Source of the DNA: a marine bacterium B5-7
GTDB lineage: Bacteria > Pseudomonadota > Gammaproteobacteria > Arenicellales > CAJQKF01
Assembly: GCA_021604525.1 (NCBI GenBank)
Contig: BQJD01000007.1
Span: 9,950-73,949 of the forward strand
Direction of reading: 5' to 3'
DNA: 64,000 nt
Part shown: in pieces, positions 10,002-22,802 of the stretch
Layout: each line of letters opens with the position of its first letter
Numbering within the stretch: position 1 is the first letter of the stretch
Translations under genes and position numbers: made by a program
The notes under the pieces: generated by a model
Database searches by the model: none
Seen by the model: only the letters and a program-made list of their open reading frames with translations
Told to the model about the DNA's origin: nothing

Positions 10002-10541
10002 ATGGCAACGACACGGACTTCCCAGATTACCCTGTTCCTGGTGTTCGGCATCGCCGCGCTGGTGGCCGGTTACTGGTTTGCAGAGCATCGCCAACAAACT
10101 GAATCTGGTAATCTGGCTAAAGAACAATCCGACACTCTGGTGTCTTTTGCGGCGCGTGACAGCCAGGGTATGGACAGAAACCTTGACGAATGGCGCGGTC
10201 AGCCGCTGATTGTGAATTTTTGGGCGACCTGGTGCACCCCCTGCCGCGAGGAAATACCGGATCTTATCGATGCCCAGCAGGAGTTTGCCAATCGAATACA
10301 AATTCTGGGTTTTGCCGTTGATCGTGCAGAGCCGGTGGCGAGCTTCATTGATGAATTCGGTTTCAATTACCCGACACTGGTCGGCGAGTCCGAAGGCATG
10401 GAATTGATGGCACTCTACGGCAACAACGGTGCCCTGCCCTTTACGATCGCCTTTGATCGAGATGGACAACTGGTGGCCCGCAAGTTAGGCCAGGTATCGG
10501 CAAGCAAGATCGTTGAAATGGTTGACGCAGCAAACCCCTGA
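10002..10541 (+). CDS. TlpA/ResA-family membrane-anchored thiol:disulfide oxidoreductase
   Basis: 179 aa with an N-terminal TM helix and the motif FWATWCTPC. Starts 16 nt after the dsbD stop. Confidence 0.8.
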   Translation: MATTRTSQITLFLVFGIAALVAGYWFAEHRQQTESGNLAKEQSDTLVSFAARDSQGMDRNLDEWRGQPLIVNFWATWCTPCREEIPDLIDAQQEFANRIQILGFAVDRAEPVASFIDEFGFNYPTLVGESEGMELMALYGNNGALPFTIAFDRDGQLVARKLGQVSASKIVEMVDAANP

Positions 10542-10660
10542 TTCCACGCAATTCTCGCAAACAGCCCCAAAGTTCGGCGAAATCGTGTATAACGGTCGAT
10601 AATTAGACATGAACGGTCAAAAAACCGATAATCCCGTGATTGCCCCGAATACTTCGCCTT

Positions 10661-11110
10661 ATGACCGATCTGCTCATTTTAAACGGACCCAACCTGAACC
10701 TGCTCGGCAACCGCGAACCCCAGCACTACGGTAGCGCCAGCCTCGATTCGATCAACACCGCTCTTGAGTCCCGTGCCCGGGAAAAGGGCTACTCGTTGGC
10801 CGCCAGGCAGTCCAACAGTGAAAGCGAACTGGTGGAACTGGTGCACCAGGCCAGCGTCGAATCGGTCCGTTTCATCATCATAAATCCGGCGGCCTACACC
10901 CATACCAGCGTGGCGCTACGCGATGCCCTGGCAGCGGTTGACATTCCGTTTATTGAGGTTCATCTGTCGAATATTTACGCCAGGGAACCGTTTCGCACGC
11001 ACTCATATTTTTCCGACATCGCAGCAGGGGTCATTTCCGGCCTCGGCGCGCATGGTTACATCCTTGCGCTTGACGCGGCGATCCATCGACTCGACACCAC
11101 ATCTGGCTAA
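10661..11110 (+). CDS. aroQ: type II 3-dehydroquinate dehydratase
   Basis: The ATG at 10661 gives [24 protein letters not shown]; the motifs [17 protein letters not shown] and EVHLSNI are also present. Confidence 0.92.
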   Translation: MTDLLILNGPNLNLLGNREPQHYGSASLDSINTALESRAREKGYSLAARQSNSESELVELVHQASVESVRFIIINPAAYTHTSVALRDALAAVDIPFIEVHLSNIYAREPFRTHSYFSDIAAGVISGLGAHGYILALDAAIHRLDTTSG

Positions 11111-11112
11111 TT

Positions 11113-11556
11113 ATGGATATCCGAAAAGTAAAAAAATTGATTGAACTGCTCGAAGAATCCCAACTCTCGGAGATAGAAATCTCCGAAGGCGAGGAGTCCA
11201 TTCGACTGAGCCGTGCCAGCACCCAAGTATCAATGGCAGCACCCATGATGCATCATGCGCCGCCAGTCACCGATGCACCGCCGCCACAAGCCGCTGCAAC
11301 CCCGACCGTCGAAGAGTCGCCGGGACACAAGGTGACATCGCCGATGGTCGGTACGTTCTATACCTCGTCAAGCCCGGATACGCCGCCCTTTGTGAGTGTC
11401 GGCTCGGCGGTTGAAGAAGGTGAGACCCTGTGCATTATCGAGGCCATGAAAATATTTAACCAGATCGAAGCCGACACCTCCGGCGTAATCAAGCGAATCC
11501 TCAAGAACACCGGCGACCCGGTGGAGTACGGCGAGACACTTTTCATCATCGGCTAG
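11113..11556 (+). CDS. accB: acetyl-CoA carboxylase biotin carboxyl carrier protein
   Basis: 147 aa with a Pro/Ala linker and the biotinylation motif CIIEAMKIFNQIEAD. Confidence 0.95.
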   Translation: MDIRKVKKLIELLEESQLSEIEISEGEESIRLSRASTQVSMAAPMMHHAPPVTDAPPPQAAATPTVEESPGHKVTSPMVGTFYTSSSPDTPPFVSVGSAVEEGETLCIIEAMKIFNQIEADTSGVIKRILKNTGDPVEYGETLFIIG

Positions 11557-11568
11557 GAAACAAACATC

Positions 11569-12909
11569 ATGTTCGATAAGCTGATGATCGCCAATCGCGG
11601 CGAGATCGCGCTCAGAATCCTGCGCGCCTGTCGCGAGCTCGGCATCAAGACAGTAGCACTGCATTCCACCGCAGACCGTGACGCCAAGTATGTACGGCTG
11701 GCTGACGAATCGGTCTGTATCGGCCCGCCTGCGGCCTCTGAAAGCTACCTCAACGTGCCGGCTGTGATTGCCGCCGCCGAGGTCACCGATGCCGGCGCCA
11801 TCCACCCCGGTTACGGATTCCTCTCCGAGAATGCCGATTTCGCCGAACGCGTTGAACAAAGCGGTTTTGTCTTCGTTGGCCCAACGGCGGAAACCATCCG
11901 TTTGATGGGTGACAAGATCTCCGCAATCAAATCCATGAAACAGGCCGGCGTGCCCTGCGTGCCTGGATCTGATGGACCGTTACCCGATGACAGCGATGAA
12001 GTCATCAGAATCGCGGCCGGTATCGGTTATCCGGTTATCGTCAAGGCCACCGGCGGTGGTGGCGGCAAGGGTATGCGCGTGGTGCACACTGAAGCGGCGT
12101 TGATTAACGCGGTTCGGTTAACCCGCAGCGAAGCACGCGCTGCCTTTAACAACGATGTCGTCTACATGGAGAAATTCCTGGAAACACCACGTCACGTGGA
12201 AATCCAGGTACTCGCCGATACCCACGGTAATGCAGTTCATCTTGGCGACCGCGACTGCTCGCTGCAGCGTCGTCATCAGAAAGTTATCGAAGAGGCACCC
12301 GCACCCGGCATCAGCGAAGAGCAACGACAGCGAATCGGTATGCGTTGCGTCGAGGCCTGCTGTTTGATTGGCTATCGTGGTGCCGGCACGTTTGAATTCC
12401 TCTATGAAAACGGCGAGTTCTATTTCATCGAAATGAATACCCGCGTGCAGGTCGAACACCCGGTTACCGAAGAAGTCACCGGCATCGATATTTTGAAAAC
12501 ACAAATCAAGATCGCCGCCGGCATGGAGCTTGAATTTTCCCAGGACGATATCGTGATGAAAGGTCATGCGATCGAGTGCCGTATCAACGCCGAGGATGCT
12601 GAAACCTTCATGCCGAGCCCCGGGCGCATCAGCCAATATCACCAGCCGGGCGGGCCAGGCATTCGCGTCGATTCGCATGTCTACAGTAATTACGTGGTGC
12701 CACCGTATTACGATTCGATGATCGCCAAGGTAATCTCATCCGGCGCTACTCGTGATGAGGCGTTAGGGCGCATGTACGGGGCCCTGCAGGAAATGATCGT
12801 CGAGGGTATAAAAACCAACATCCCATTGCACCAGCGATTGATATCGGACGGCGCATTTCGACAGGGCGGCGTAAGCATCCATTATCTTGAAAAACTGCTA
12901 GCCAGTTGA
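11569..12909 (+). CDS. accC: acetyl-CoA carboxylase biotin carboxylase subunit
   Basis: 446 aa, [26 protein letters not shown]..., ATP-grasp motifs, [14 protein letters not shown]. Confidence 0.97.
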   Translation: MFDKLMIANRGEIALRILRACRELGIKTVALHSTADRDAKYVRLADESVCIGPPAASESYLNVPAVIAAAEVTDAGAIHPGYGFLSENADFAERVEQSGFVFVGPTAETIRLMGDKISAIKSMKQAGVPCVPGSDGPLPDDSDEVIRIAAGIGYPVIVKATGGGGGKGMRVVHTEAALINAVRLTRSEARAAFNNDVVYMEKFLETPRHVEIQVLADTHGNAVHLGDRDCSLQRRHQKVIEEAPAPGISEEQRQRIGMRCVEACCLIGYRGAGTFEFLYENGEFYFIEMNTRVQVEHPVTEEVTGIDILKTQIKIAAGMELEFSQDDIVMKGHAIECRINAEDAETFMPSPGRISQYHQPGGPGIRVDSHVYSNYVVPPYYDSMIAKVISSGATRDEALGRMYGALQEMIVEGIKTNIPLHQRLISDGAFRQGGVSIHYLEKLLAS

Positions 12910-12927
12910 TTAGACAAGTCGGTTTAT

Positions 12928-13821
12928 GTGTTGAATAGCGTGACCTGGCAACAACTCGGTATCCGCTTGCCTGGAGAATGTGCTAACGCAGCTATCGAGC
13001 TGCTCGAAGCATTCGGGGCGCTGTCCGTCAGTGCGGTTGCCGAAGACGGTGACGACCGCTTCGATGTCGCCGATCCACGTCTGGAGCTCTGGTCGGTGAC
13101 ACGGCTTATGGCGTTGTTCGAGGCCGATACGGCCCTGCAACCGGCCATCGATGCGCTACAGGCGACTTTTAAGATTAACCCCGAAGACATCTCCATCGAT
13201 CTGGTCGATGATTGTGACTGGGAGCGAGCTTTTTTAAAGAATTTTAAGCCGATCGAGATAACCCCTGATCTATGGATTTGCCCGAGCTGGTGTACGCCGC
13301 CGCGAACCGATGCCGTTAACATCGTTCTCGACCCCGGGCTTGCCTTCGGCACAGGAAGCCACGCTACCACCGCGCTGTGTCTGCGCCATCTCGCTGATCT
13401 ACCCCTTAATGGATCGACGGTGCTCGACTTCGGCTGCGGTTCCGGCATCCTTGCCATCGCCTCGCTGAAGCTCGGCGCGGATCACGCCATCGCTACAGAC
13501 ATCGACACACGCGCAATTGATGCAACGCGTGAAAACGCCCTGGCCAACGGCGTGCTCGATCGTCTCGAAATAATCACCGCCGACGAAATCGGTTCAGCCA
13601 TAAAGGCGGATGTTGTTATCGCCAATATTCTTGCCGTAACCTTGATTGAACTCGCCAGGGTAATTGAAAATCCATGTTCACCAGGCGCAATATTACTGTT
13701 GTCGGGTATACTCGCAAAACAGCGGGATGCGGTGATTCAGGCATTCCCGTCGTTCAAATTTTCAACCATTCGCCAGGATGAATGGCTGCTGCTGGCCAGT
13801 CAACCCTTTGAACCCCATTAA
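12928..13821 (+). CDS. prmA: ribosomal protein L11 methyltransferase
   Basis: 297 aa with the SAM motif VLDFGCGSGILAI, in the standard position after accBC. The true start may be the GTG at 12940 (MTWQQL...). Confidence 0.9.
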   Translation: MLNSVTWQQLGIRLPGECANAAIELLEAFGALSVSAVAEDGDDRFDVADPRLELWSVTRLMALFEADTALQPAIDALQATFKINPEDISIDLVDDCDWERAFLKNFKPIEITPDLWICPSWCTPPRTDAVNIVLDPGLAFGTGSHATTALCLRHLADLPLNGSTVLDFGCGSGILAIASLKLGADHAIATDIDTRAIDATRENALANGVLDRLEIITADEIGSAIKADVVIANILAVTLIELARVIENPCSPGAILLLSGILAKQRDAVIQAFPSFKFSTIRQDEWLLLASQPFEPH

Positions 13822-13825
13822 AGCC

Positions 13826-15139
13826 ATGCATACCCAGTGCCCCAAGTGCAGCACAGTTTTCAGAGTGACCGAGGAAATTCTCTCGGTGAAGGCAGGACTG
13901 GTCCGCTGCGGCGATTGTGAAAACGTCTTCAATGCAACCTGGAATCTGGTCGAAACTGACGTAGGTGAATCCGAGCCATCACAGGACGATGATCGCGACT
14001 TCAGCGATACAACACGATTTACCGACCATGTTGAAGACTCGATAACCGCGTCATCCCTGGATGAAGATACGAGTGATGATGAACCGGGTGGTACGGATAT
14101 CCGCCATGGTACCGATAACGCCAGAGAATCATTCGATGATGATCCTGGCGATGACAGGGACGACGATATAAGCGATATCGGCGATAGCGACGACGATACC
14201 ATCAGTGACGAAGAGATACGCCGCACGCTGCACCTTGATGAGGACATCAACAACGATTTCGATGACGATGCACCTCTGCGAGTCGAACGAAACGATGTGG
14301 TAGATAACCATTTACGCCATGATCACGATACGTCCAATGCAGGTGTGTCAAATACCCACGGCGCGCATATGAAGCGCATCGAGCCGCGCCTTGGCTCCGC
14401 CCCGCCCGGCGAGCTGTCGGTCAGTGCAGATGATGGCCTGCTATCTCGGCGACCACCGCGAAATGAATCTCGCAACCAACCACGCCGTGATGATCGATCG
14501 GGGCGCAAACGTCGCTCCACCATCCAGTTAAAGGCGCCCGTGAAGCCTCATCCGGCAAATGCTCACAACAATAAACCCAACCTTGAAAGCAACGAATACG
14601 AGATCACGCCAAGAGTCGATCCCAACGTTCACTGGGTAGCGATTCCTGATAACGATAATCGTGGCACACAACTCCTATGGGCCAGCGGCGCTTTATTGAT
14701 GTTGGTACTGATGGTTATGCAGGTGCGATTCATTCTGATCGACCCGCTCTACTCGATTCCTGCCACGCGACCTTACATCAGCCTGTTTTGCGAATTCGCC
14801 GGATGCCAGGCACCTGTCCGCACCGACCCGGCGTCAATCGATATCGCTCAGACACGGGTCGACCTGAATCCTGAAGTACCCGGCGCTGTGAGAATAAAGG
14901 TCAACCTGATCAATCGTGCCGACTTCGCCCAACCTTATCCACCCTTGCAGCTCACCCTTACTGACAAGGATGGTCGTATCGTTGGCAGGCGGACCTACCT
15001 GCCAACCGATTATCTTGATGGTGAAGCCGCCACGGCATTACTTGATCCACAAATCCTTGCCATAGCCACACTTGATCTCGCCCATCCGAACGAAAATGCT
15101 GTGGGCTTCGAGACCATTGTGGTCACAGGCGCGGGTTGA
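13826..15139 (+). CDS. zinc-ribbon plus DUF3426 domain membrane protein
   Basis: The ATG at 13826 gives MHTQCPKCSTVFRV...RCGDCENVFNA, an MJ0042-type zinc ribbon. This is followed by a long Asp-rich acidic linker, one TM helix (LLWASGALLMLVLMVM) and a C-terminal beta-rich domain. It occupies the usual prmA-dusB position of such proteins. Confidence 0.7.
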   Translation: MHTQCPKCSTVFRVTEEILSVKAGLVRCGDCENVFNATWNLVETDVGESEPSQDDDRDFSDTTRFTDHVEDSITASSLDEDTSDDEPGGTDIRHGTDNARESFDDDPGDDRDDDISDIGDSDDDTISDEEIRRTLHLDEDINNDFDDDAPLRVERNDVVDNHLRHDHDTSNAGVSNTHGAHMKRIEPRLGSAPPGELSVSADDGLLSRRPPRNESRNQPRRDDRSGRKRRSTIQLKAPVKPHPANAHNNKPNLESNEYEITPRVDPNVHWVAIPDNDNRGTQLLWASGALLMLVLMVMQVRFILIDPLYSIPATRPYISLFCEFAGCQAPVRTDPASIDIAQTRVDLNPEVPGAVRIKVNLINRADFAQPYPPLQLTLTDKDGRIVGRRTYLPTDYLDGEAATALLDPQILAIATLDLAHPNENAVGFETIVVTGAG

Positions 15140-15143
15140 TGTC

Positions 15144-16124
15144 ATGAAGATTGGAGAATTTGAATTCAGTGCACCGGTGTTCCTGGCGCCGATGTGCGGA
15201 ATAACCGACACGCCATTCAGAAAGCTGTGCAAACGCCTCGGCGCGCCCCACGCGCTCACCGAGATGATCGGCAGTCAGCCGGGTGTGCGTCAATCCCGCA
15301 AAGCCCGTGACCGTATGGATCATCGTGGCGACAGCGGCCCGATTCACGTGCAGATTGCCGGCGCCAATCCATCGCAGATGGCAGATGCGGCGCGTTATAA
15401 CGTCGATCATGGCGCTGACCTGATCGATATCAACATGGGATGCCCAGCGAAGAAAGTATGTAACACCCTTGCCGGTTCATCACTGTTGCGCAACGTTAAA
15501 CAGGTGAGCGCCATCATCGAGGCGGTGATCGAGGCGGTCGACGTACCGGTCACCCTCAAGATGCGCACCGGTTGGGACCGTGATTCACGCAACTGTGTCG
15601 AGGTGGGCCGGATTGCTGAATCAGCGGGTATTGCCTGCATCACATTACACGGCCGTACACGCAACGATTTCTACAAGGGCGAAGCGGAATTCGAGTCATT
15701 GAAACGTCTGCGTGATGCGGTGCAGATCCCGCTAATCGCCAACGGCGATATTGTCGATGCAAGACGTGCCAGGACCGTACTCCGCGATACCGGCGCCGAT
15801 GCCGTGATGATTGGACGCGGTGCGCAGTCCCATCCCTGGCTGCCCGGCGACGTTGCTTCATTTCTTAGCCAGGGCAGCGATCGTGCCGAACCGTCAGATA
15901 ATGAGAAACGTGATATTCTTCTCGCACTAGTCGCCGATCTGCACGCCTTCTATGGAGACCTTGGGGTACGCATGGCGCGCAAGCATATTTCCTGGCAAAT
16001 CGAATGTTTCTCTCCAGAAGCCGATGAACGCCGCGCGATCCTGAAGGCGCCTTGCGCCCAACGGCAGCTTGAACTCTTGCAACGGTTTTTTGAAAGCCGC
16101 ATCCAGTTACCGAAAGTCGCATGA
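15144..16124 (+). CDS. dusB: tRNA dihydrouridine synthase B
   Basis: The ATG at 15144 gives MKIGEFEFSAPVFLAPMCGITD...; DINMGCP motif present. Its stop overlaps the fis start. Confidence 0.92.
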   Translation: MKIGEFEFSAPVFLAPMCGITDTPFRKLCKRLGAPHALTEMIGSQPGVRQSRKARDRMDHRGDSGPIHVQIAGANPSQMADAARYNVDHGADLIDINMGCPAKKVCNTLAGSSLLRNVKQVSAIIEAVIEAVDVPVTLKMRTGWDRDSRNCVEVGRIAESAGIACITLHGRTRNDFYKGEAEFESLKRLRDAVQIPLIANGDIVDARRARTVLRDTGADAVMIGRGAQSHPWLPGDVASFLSQGSDRAEPSDNEKRDILLALVADLHAFYGDLGVRMARKHISWQIECFSPEADERRAILKAPCAQRQLELLQRFFESRIQLPKVA

Positions 16125-16363
16125 GCGAACCAACACCCGCACCACTTTGCAAATGCGTCGAGTACGCATTAAAACATTACTTCGAACAACTTCAGGGCGA
16201 AGCACCAAGCGGCGTTTACGACCTGGTGTTGTGCGAGGTTGAACGTCCCCTGTTAAAGGCCATTATGGATTATGCCGGCGGTAACCAGTCACGTGCGGCA
16301 CGTTACCTCGGCATCAATCGCAATACCCTGCGCAAGAAGCTCGACCGCCACGGTCTGGAGTAA
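16121..16363 (+). CDS. fis: DNA-binding protein Fis
   Basis: 80 aa with the C-terminal [29 protein letters not shown]. 4-nt overlap with dusB. Confidence 0.92.
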   Translation: MSEPTPAPLCKCVEYALKHYFEQLQGEAPSGVYDLVLCEVERPLLKAIMDYAGGNQSRAARYLGINRNTLRKKLDRHGLE

Positions 16364-16427
16364 CGCTACCGCACAAAAGCGATTAGCGTCACCTGTTTTC
16401 AATTTTTCACTATTAAGTATTCAATCC

Positions 16428-18002
16428 ATGAGCCATGATCAGCAAAAGATTGCCCGTGCACTGATTAGCGTGTCTGACAAGTCCGGCATCCTCGAACTTG
16501 CCAGGGCGTTATCTGCATACGGCGTTGAAATTCTCTCCACGGGCGGCACGGCAAAGCTGTTGCACGAAAACAGTGTGACTGTTGTCGAGGTATCCGATTA
16601 CACCGGTTTTGCAGAGATGATGGACGGCCGCGTCAAAACGCTGCATCCGAAAATTCACGGCGGGCTGCTTGGTCGCCGCGGCACCGATGACAAGATCATG
16701 ACCGAGTGCGATATCCCGCCAATCGATCTGTTGGTAGTCAATCTCTACCCATTTGAAGCAACCGTGCAAAACGAAAACGCAACGTTTGCAGACGCCATAG
16801 AGAATATCGATATCGGCGGACCGGCCATGTTGCGCTCCGCAGCCAAGAATCACGCGGCGGTAACGGTGGTCTGCGATCCTCATGACTACGGCCGTGTGAT
16901 CGAGGAGATCGTTGCAAACGGCGGAGTCAGCGCCACAACCCGGCGCACGCTTGCCTTCAAGGTATTCGCCCATACTGCCAGTTACGACGGCGCCATCTCC
17001 AATTATCTGAGCAGTCTTGATGAGAGTGATCGCCCACAAACCTTTCCTGATGTGCTCAACATGCAGTTCCGGCGCTTGTCAGTCATGCGCTATGGGGAAA
17101 ACCCGCACCAGGATGCCGCATTTTATCGAGACAATTACATTGAATCCGGCAGTCTTGCCGCCAGCGTTCAGCTACAGGGCAAGGAGATGTCCTATAACAA
17201 CGTCGCCGACACAGACGCTGCCCTTGAATGCGTCACTAGTTTCGATTCACCGACATGCGTCATCGTCAAGCATGCCAACCCCTGTGGCGTTGCCACGGCC
17301 GAGACGATAATCGATGCCTATGAAGGTGCCTATGCAACCGATCCAACTTCAGCATTCGGCGGGATTATCGCCTTCAACCGAACCCTTGACGGCGCAACCG
17401 CGCGGGCCATTGTCGACAGACAGTTTGTCGAAGTAATAATCGCCCCATCGGTACATCAGGATGCACGCAAGGTGCTTGCAGAAAAAAGCAATATTCGCGT
17501 TCTCGAAGGCGGCAGCGGTCCGTTGTATGAAGAAGGCTACCCCAATCTCAAGCGCGTCAGTGGCGGACTGCTGATGCAAACCATGGATACCGCATCAGTT
17601 AAGCGTGACGACTTGAAAGTAGTCACTCGTGTCGAACCCGATGATTCGCAAATAGACGACCTGTTGTTTGCCTGGAAGGTCGTCAGGTTCGTCAAGTCCA
17701 ATGCCATCATCTATGTACGCGATCAACGTACCATCGGCATCGGTGCCGGTCAGATGAGCCGGGTGTACTCAGCCCGCATAGCGGGTATCAAGGCCGCCGA
17801 TGAAGGACTTCAGGTTCCAGGATCGGTCATGGCATCCGATGCATTCTTTCCGTTTCGTGATGGCATTGACGCCGCCGCCAAGGCAGGTATTCGCGCCGTT
17901 ATACAACCGGGAGGATCTATACGCGATGACGACATCATTGCAGCGGCCGATGAACACGGCATTGCCATGGTATTCACCGGCATGCGTCACTTTCGTCATT
18001 AA
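16428..18002 (+). CDS. purH: bifunctional AICAR transformylase / IMP cyclohydrolase
   Basis: The ATG at 16428 gives [21 protein letters not shown]...; the protein ends ...[11 protein letters not shown]. Confidence 0.96.
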   Translation: MSHDQQKIARALISVSDKSGILELARALSAYGVEILSTGGTAKLLHENSVTVVEVSDYTGFAEMMDGRVKTLHPKIHGGLLGRRGTDDKIMTECDIPPIDLLVVNLYPFEATVQNENATFADAIENIDIGGPAMLRSAAKNHAAVTVVCDPHDYGRVIEEIVANGGVSATTRRTLAFKVFAHTASYDGAISNYLSSLDESDRPQTFPDVLNMQFRRLSVMRYGENPHQDAAFYRDNYIESGSLAASVQLQGKEMSYNNVADTDAALECVTSFDSPTCVIVKHANPCGVATAETIIDAYEGAYATDPTSAFGGIIAFNRTLDGATARAIVDRQFVEVIIAPSVHQDARKVLAEKSNIRVLEGGSGPLYEEGYPNLKRVSGGLLMQTMDTASVKRDDLKVVTRVEPDDSQIDDLLFAWKVVRFVKSNAIIYVRDQRTIGIGAGQMSRVYSARIAGIKAADEGLQVPGSVMASDAFFPFRDGIDAAAKAGIRAVIQPGGSIRDDDIIAAADEHGIAMVFTGMRHFRH

Positions 18003-18077
18003 CAAACCCGTGAATAACTTAACCCCCTTGTTAAACAGCTTGCAGTCAATCAAACGATATATCCAAGGAGTCAAACC

Positions 18078-19382
18078 TTGAAGATTCTCGTGGTGGGCGG
18101 TGGCGGACGGGAACACGCCCTCGCCTGGAAACTGGCCTCATCGCCGCGCGCAAGTACCGTTTTCGTTGCCCCTGGTAATGCCGGTACCGCTGGCGAAGCA
18201 GGCGTAACCAACGTATCGATCGAGGCAATGGATTTCGATGGCCTCAGGGATTTCGCCCTGCGGGAACAGGTTGATATAACCATCATTGGCCCGGAAGCAC
18301 CATTGGTGGCCGGTATCGTCGATCACTTTCGCGAGGCCGGACTACGATGTTTCGGGCCGGACCGACAAGGTGCGCAGCTTGAGGGTTCGAAGGAATTTAC
18401 CAAACAGTTTCTCAAGCGCCACAAAATTCCAACCGCCGAGTACGCAAGCTTCACCGATGCCACCCAGGCAATCGAGTATGTTCGCCATCGCGGTGCACCC
18501 ATTGTCGTTAAGGCAGACGGCCTTGCTGCCGGCAAGGGCGTTATCCTCGCAGCCACGGTCACTGAAGCCGAGCAGGCCATAAACGATATGTTGACCGGCA
18601 ATACGTTCGGCGAAGCCGGCCATCGTGTGGTCATTGAAGAATTTCTGCGTGGTGAGGAAGCAAGCTTTATCTGTATCGTCGGTGGCGACAGTGCACTACC
18701 CATGGCTTCATCACAGGATCACAAGGCTCGCGATGAAGGTGATCTCGGCCCCAACACGGGAGGTATGGGCGCCTACTCGCCGGCACCGGTCGTGGATGCC
18801 GACATGCATCGAACAATCATGCGCGAGGTGATCCTGCCGACAGTCAAAGGCCTTCAGGAAGACGGCATAGACTATCGTGGTTTTCTCTACGCCGGGGTCA
18901 TGATTAGCGAGGACAACATTCCCAAAGTCCTCGAATTCAATTGTCGCTTTGGCGATCCCGAGACCCAGCCTATCCTGATGCGTCTTGAGTCGGATCTGCT
19001 TGAGCTATGCGAAGCAGCGCTTGACGGCACGCTTAAGGATGTGCGAGCTGATTGGGATCCACGGGCCGCATTAGGCGTGGTAATGGCGGCCGGCGGCTAT
19101 CCGTTCGACTATCGCAGTGGTGACCCCATCAGCGGGCTTGATCACGTCAACGACGTCACCACACACGTATTCCATGCCGGCACCTGTCTCGACCACCAAC
19201 AGGTCGTTACCTGCGGCGGCCGAGTGTTATGTGTGACCGCACTCGGTGATACGGTGTCAGAAGCTCACAAACGCGCTTATACGGCTTGTGAGTCAATTTA
19301 TTTCGATAATGCCTACTATCGTCGCGATATAGGTCATCGCGCTATCACAAGAGAACCTGATACCGATTCCGACGCCACCTGA
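18078..19382 (+). CDS. purD: phosphoribosylamine-glycine ligase
   Basis: TTG start with AAGGAG 8 nt upstream; MKILVVGGGGREHALAWKL... Confidence 0.95.
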   Translation: MKILVVGGGGREHALAWKLASSPRASTVFVAPGNAGTAGEAGVTNVSIEAMDFDGLRDFALREQVDITIIGPEAPLVAGIVDHFREAGLRCFGPDRQGAQLEGSKEFTKQFLKRHKIPTAEYASFTDATQAIEYVRHRGAPIVVKADGLAAGKGVILAATVTEAEQAINDMLTGNTFGEAGHRVVIEEFLRGEEASFICIVGGDSALPMASSQDHKARDEGDLGPNTGGMGAYSPAPVVDADMHRTIMREVILPTVKGLQEDGIDYRGFLYAGVMISEDNIPKVLEFNCRFGDPETQPILMRLESDLLELCEAALDGTLKDVRADWDPRAALGVVMAAGGYPFDYRSGDPISGLDHVNDVTTHVFHAGTCLDHQQVVTCGGRVLCVTALGDTVSEAHKRAYTACESIYFDNAYYRRDIGHRAITREPDTDSDAT

Positions 19383-19384
19383 AG

Positions 19385-20910
<1,526 letters not shown>

Positions 20911-20927
20911 CCCATACCGGCTCACCG

Positions 20928-22253
20928 GTGCGTGAGCGAGCACTAAAGCGGAGACCGACGCACTTGCGTTACCTGTATAACATCATCATTTACCTGTTGC
21001 TTCCGGTCGTACTGATTCGGCTGACCTATCGCGGATTCAGAAATCACTCCTATCTGAGCCGTATCGGCGAGCGCTTCGGACGCTTCCCGAGTCGCAACGA
21101 CACCCCCTACGATATCTGGATACATGCCGTATCTGTAGGCGAGGTAAACGCTGCAGGACCGCTTACACGCGCACTCACTCGACACTATCCTGCCAAACGC
21201 ATTTTACTGACAACCATGACCCCGACCGGTGCCGACCAGGCCCGGTTAACCATGGGTAATCGTGTCGATCACCTGTACCTGCCCTACGACTATCCATTTG
21301 CAGTGCGATCATTCCTTGATCACTGCAAGCCCGCTATCGCCATTATGATGGAAACCGAACTGTGGCCGAATTTCATCACCCATTGTGACAAACGGGGTAT
21401 CCCGCTGATCGTCGCAAATCTTAGAATGTCGCAACGCTCCTATCGCAAGTACGCTCACCTGCTGCCATTTACCCGATCCATATTTCGCAAGATAAAATGG
21501 TTCGCAGTACAAACGAAAGCCGATCGGCAACGTGTCAGTCAGCTGCTTGGAAGTGACCACAATATTTCGGTTACCGGCAGTATCAAATTTGAGATCAACC
21601 TGCCGGCGAGTCTCAAGGAGATCGCTCAGGTTGTACGTCGCGAGTGGGGTACTGAGCGAACAGTGTGGGTAGCCGGGAGCACTCACGAGCGCGAAGAAGA
21701 AATAGTTGTGAATACATTTCAATCACTACAGGCTCGATATCCATCACTTCTACTGGTGATTGTTCCACGACATCCCGAACGATTCGAATCCGTTTACAGG
21801 GTGTTGCAAAAGTATCGCTTGAATACGGTTCGTCGCAGCGCACACAGCGGGCCACTTGATAGCTCCGTGGAAGTATTTCTTGGCGATACCATGGGCGAAT
21901 TGCCGACATTCTTTGCCGCCTCGGACATCGCATTCGTTGGTGGCAGTATGGTCGATATTGGTGGCCACAACATTCTCGAAGCATGCGCCTTGGGAAAGCC
22001 GGTGGTTTTCGGTCCGTATATGCATAATTTCCTCGAAATAAGCCGTATGGCGCTGGAACAAAAGGCCGGTATTCAGGTGCATAACGATCAAGAGCTCGAA
22101 GATATTATTGCCAAACTGATCGAGGATGCGAATTACAGGTTTTCATTTGGGCAACGCGGCATTGCGTTGATAGAAGGTAACCAGGGCGCCTTGAAATACA
22201 CACTGGAAATCCTCGATCGATTTATTGCTGATCTGAAGATCAAAAAACGCTAA
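20928..22253 (+). CDS. waaA: 3-deoxy-D-manno-octulosonic acid (Kdo) transferase
   Basis: 441 aa with an N-terminal membrane anchor and the motif WIHAVSVGE. The start is uncertain (GTG at 20928 or TTG at 20964). Confidence 0.85.
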   Translation: MRERALKRRPTHLRYLYNIIIYLLLPVVLIRLTYRGFRNHSYLSRIGERFGRFPSRNDTPYDIWIHAVSVGEVNAAGPLTRALTRHYPAKRILLTTMTPTGADQARLTMGNRVDHLYLPYDYPFAVRSFLDHCKPAIAIMMETELWPNFITHCDKRGIPLIVANLRMSQRSYRKYAHLLPFTRSIFRKIKWFAVQTKADRQRVSQLLGSDHNISVTGSIKFEINLPASLKEIAQVVRREWGTERTVWVAGSTHEREEEIVVNTFQSLQARYPSLLLVIVPRHPERFESVYRVLQKYRLNTVRRSAHSGPLDSSVEVFLGDTMGELPTFFAASDIAFVGGSMVDIGGHNILEACALGKPVVFGPYMHNFLEISRMALEQKAGIQVHNDQELEDIIAKLIEDANYRFSFGQRGIALIEGNQGALKYTLEILDRFIADLKIKKR

Positions 22254-22643
22254 TTTCCAGTTGATAAAAACAATTGCTGAATAATGAAAAAATCAGCCAT
22301 AACCATTACTGTATCAACCGGATAAACCGCGACACCAACACTAACCTGTACACGCCTTGCACGATTGATTGTTCAAGCTGTAGAAAACACTGAATCATCA
22401 TCACAAAATAATTTGCGAATCGATAGTTGAGCGTATAAAACACTGAGTTTTTTGAACTTATGTTATATCGATAATCCGTCTTGAAAGTTGCAGCCGTGCA
22501 ACTACACTACAACCTGCCAAACGATCAAAAGCCACTGCAACGCATGATACGATTTAGTCTTGAATGTTGTCTGGATTTGATTATCGGTTTGGAATTGACT
22601 GCAATCGTTATACTGTTTTGACAAGTAACAACAACATTGAGAC

Positions 22644-22671
22644 TTGACATTTATACTTGTGCATATATAGT
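22644..22671 (+). promoter_or_regulatory. candidate strong sigma70 promoter of the histone-like gene
   Basis: TTGACA (22644-22649), a 16-nt spacer, then TATAGT (22666-22671). It lies ~130 nt upstream of the ATG at 22803 inside an AT-rich gap. Confidence 0.5.
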
Positions 22672-22802
22672 TCGCACATGACAATGGCAGGATATGTCAA
22701 GTGGGTTCTTAAGTTGTCTTCGACGTTATCAGTAAATGTTGAAGACGCATAAGGCAACAGGAACGGTTTCATCTCTACAGCACTCTTAACTGGAGGAGCA
22801 AC

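Noticed and set aside
12118-12678. 186-aa ORF antisense to accC, with similar antisense ORFs in purH, purD, priA and the ABC permease
   Set aside because: All lie inside strongly supported genes and lack motifs or start signals.
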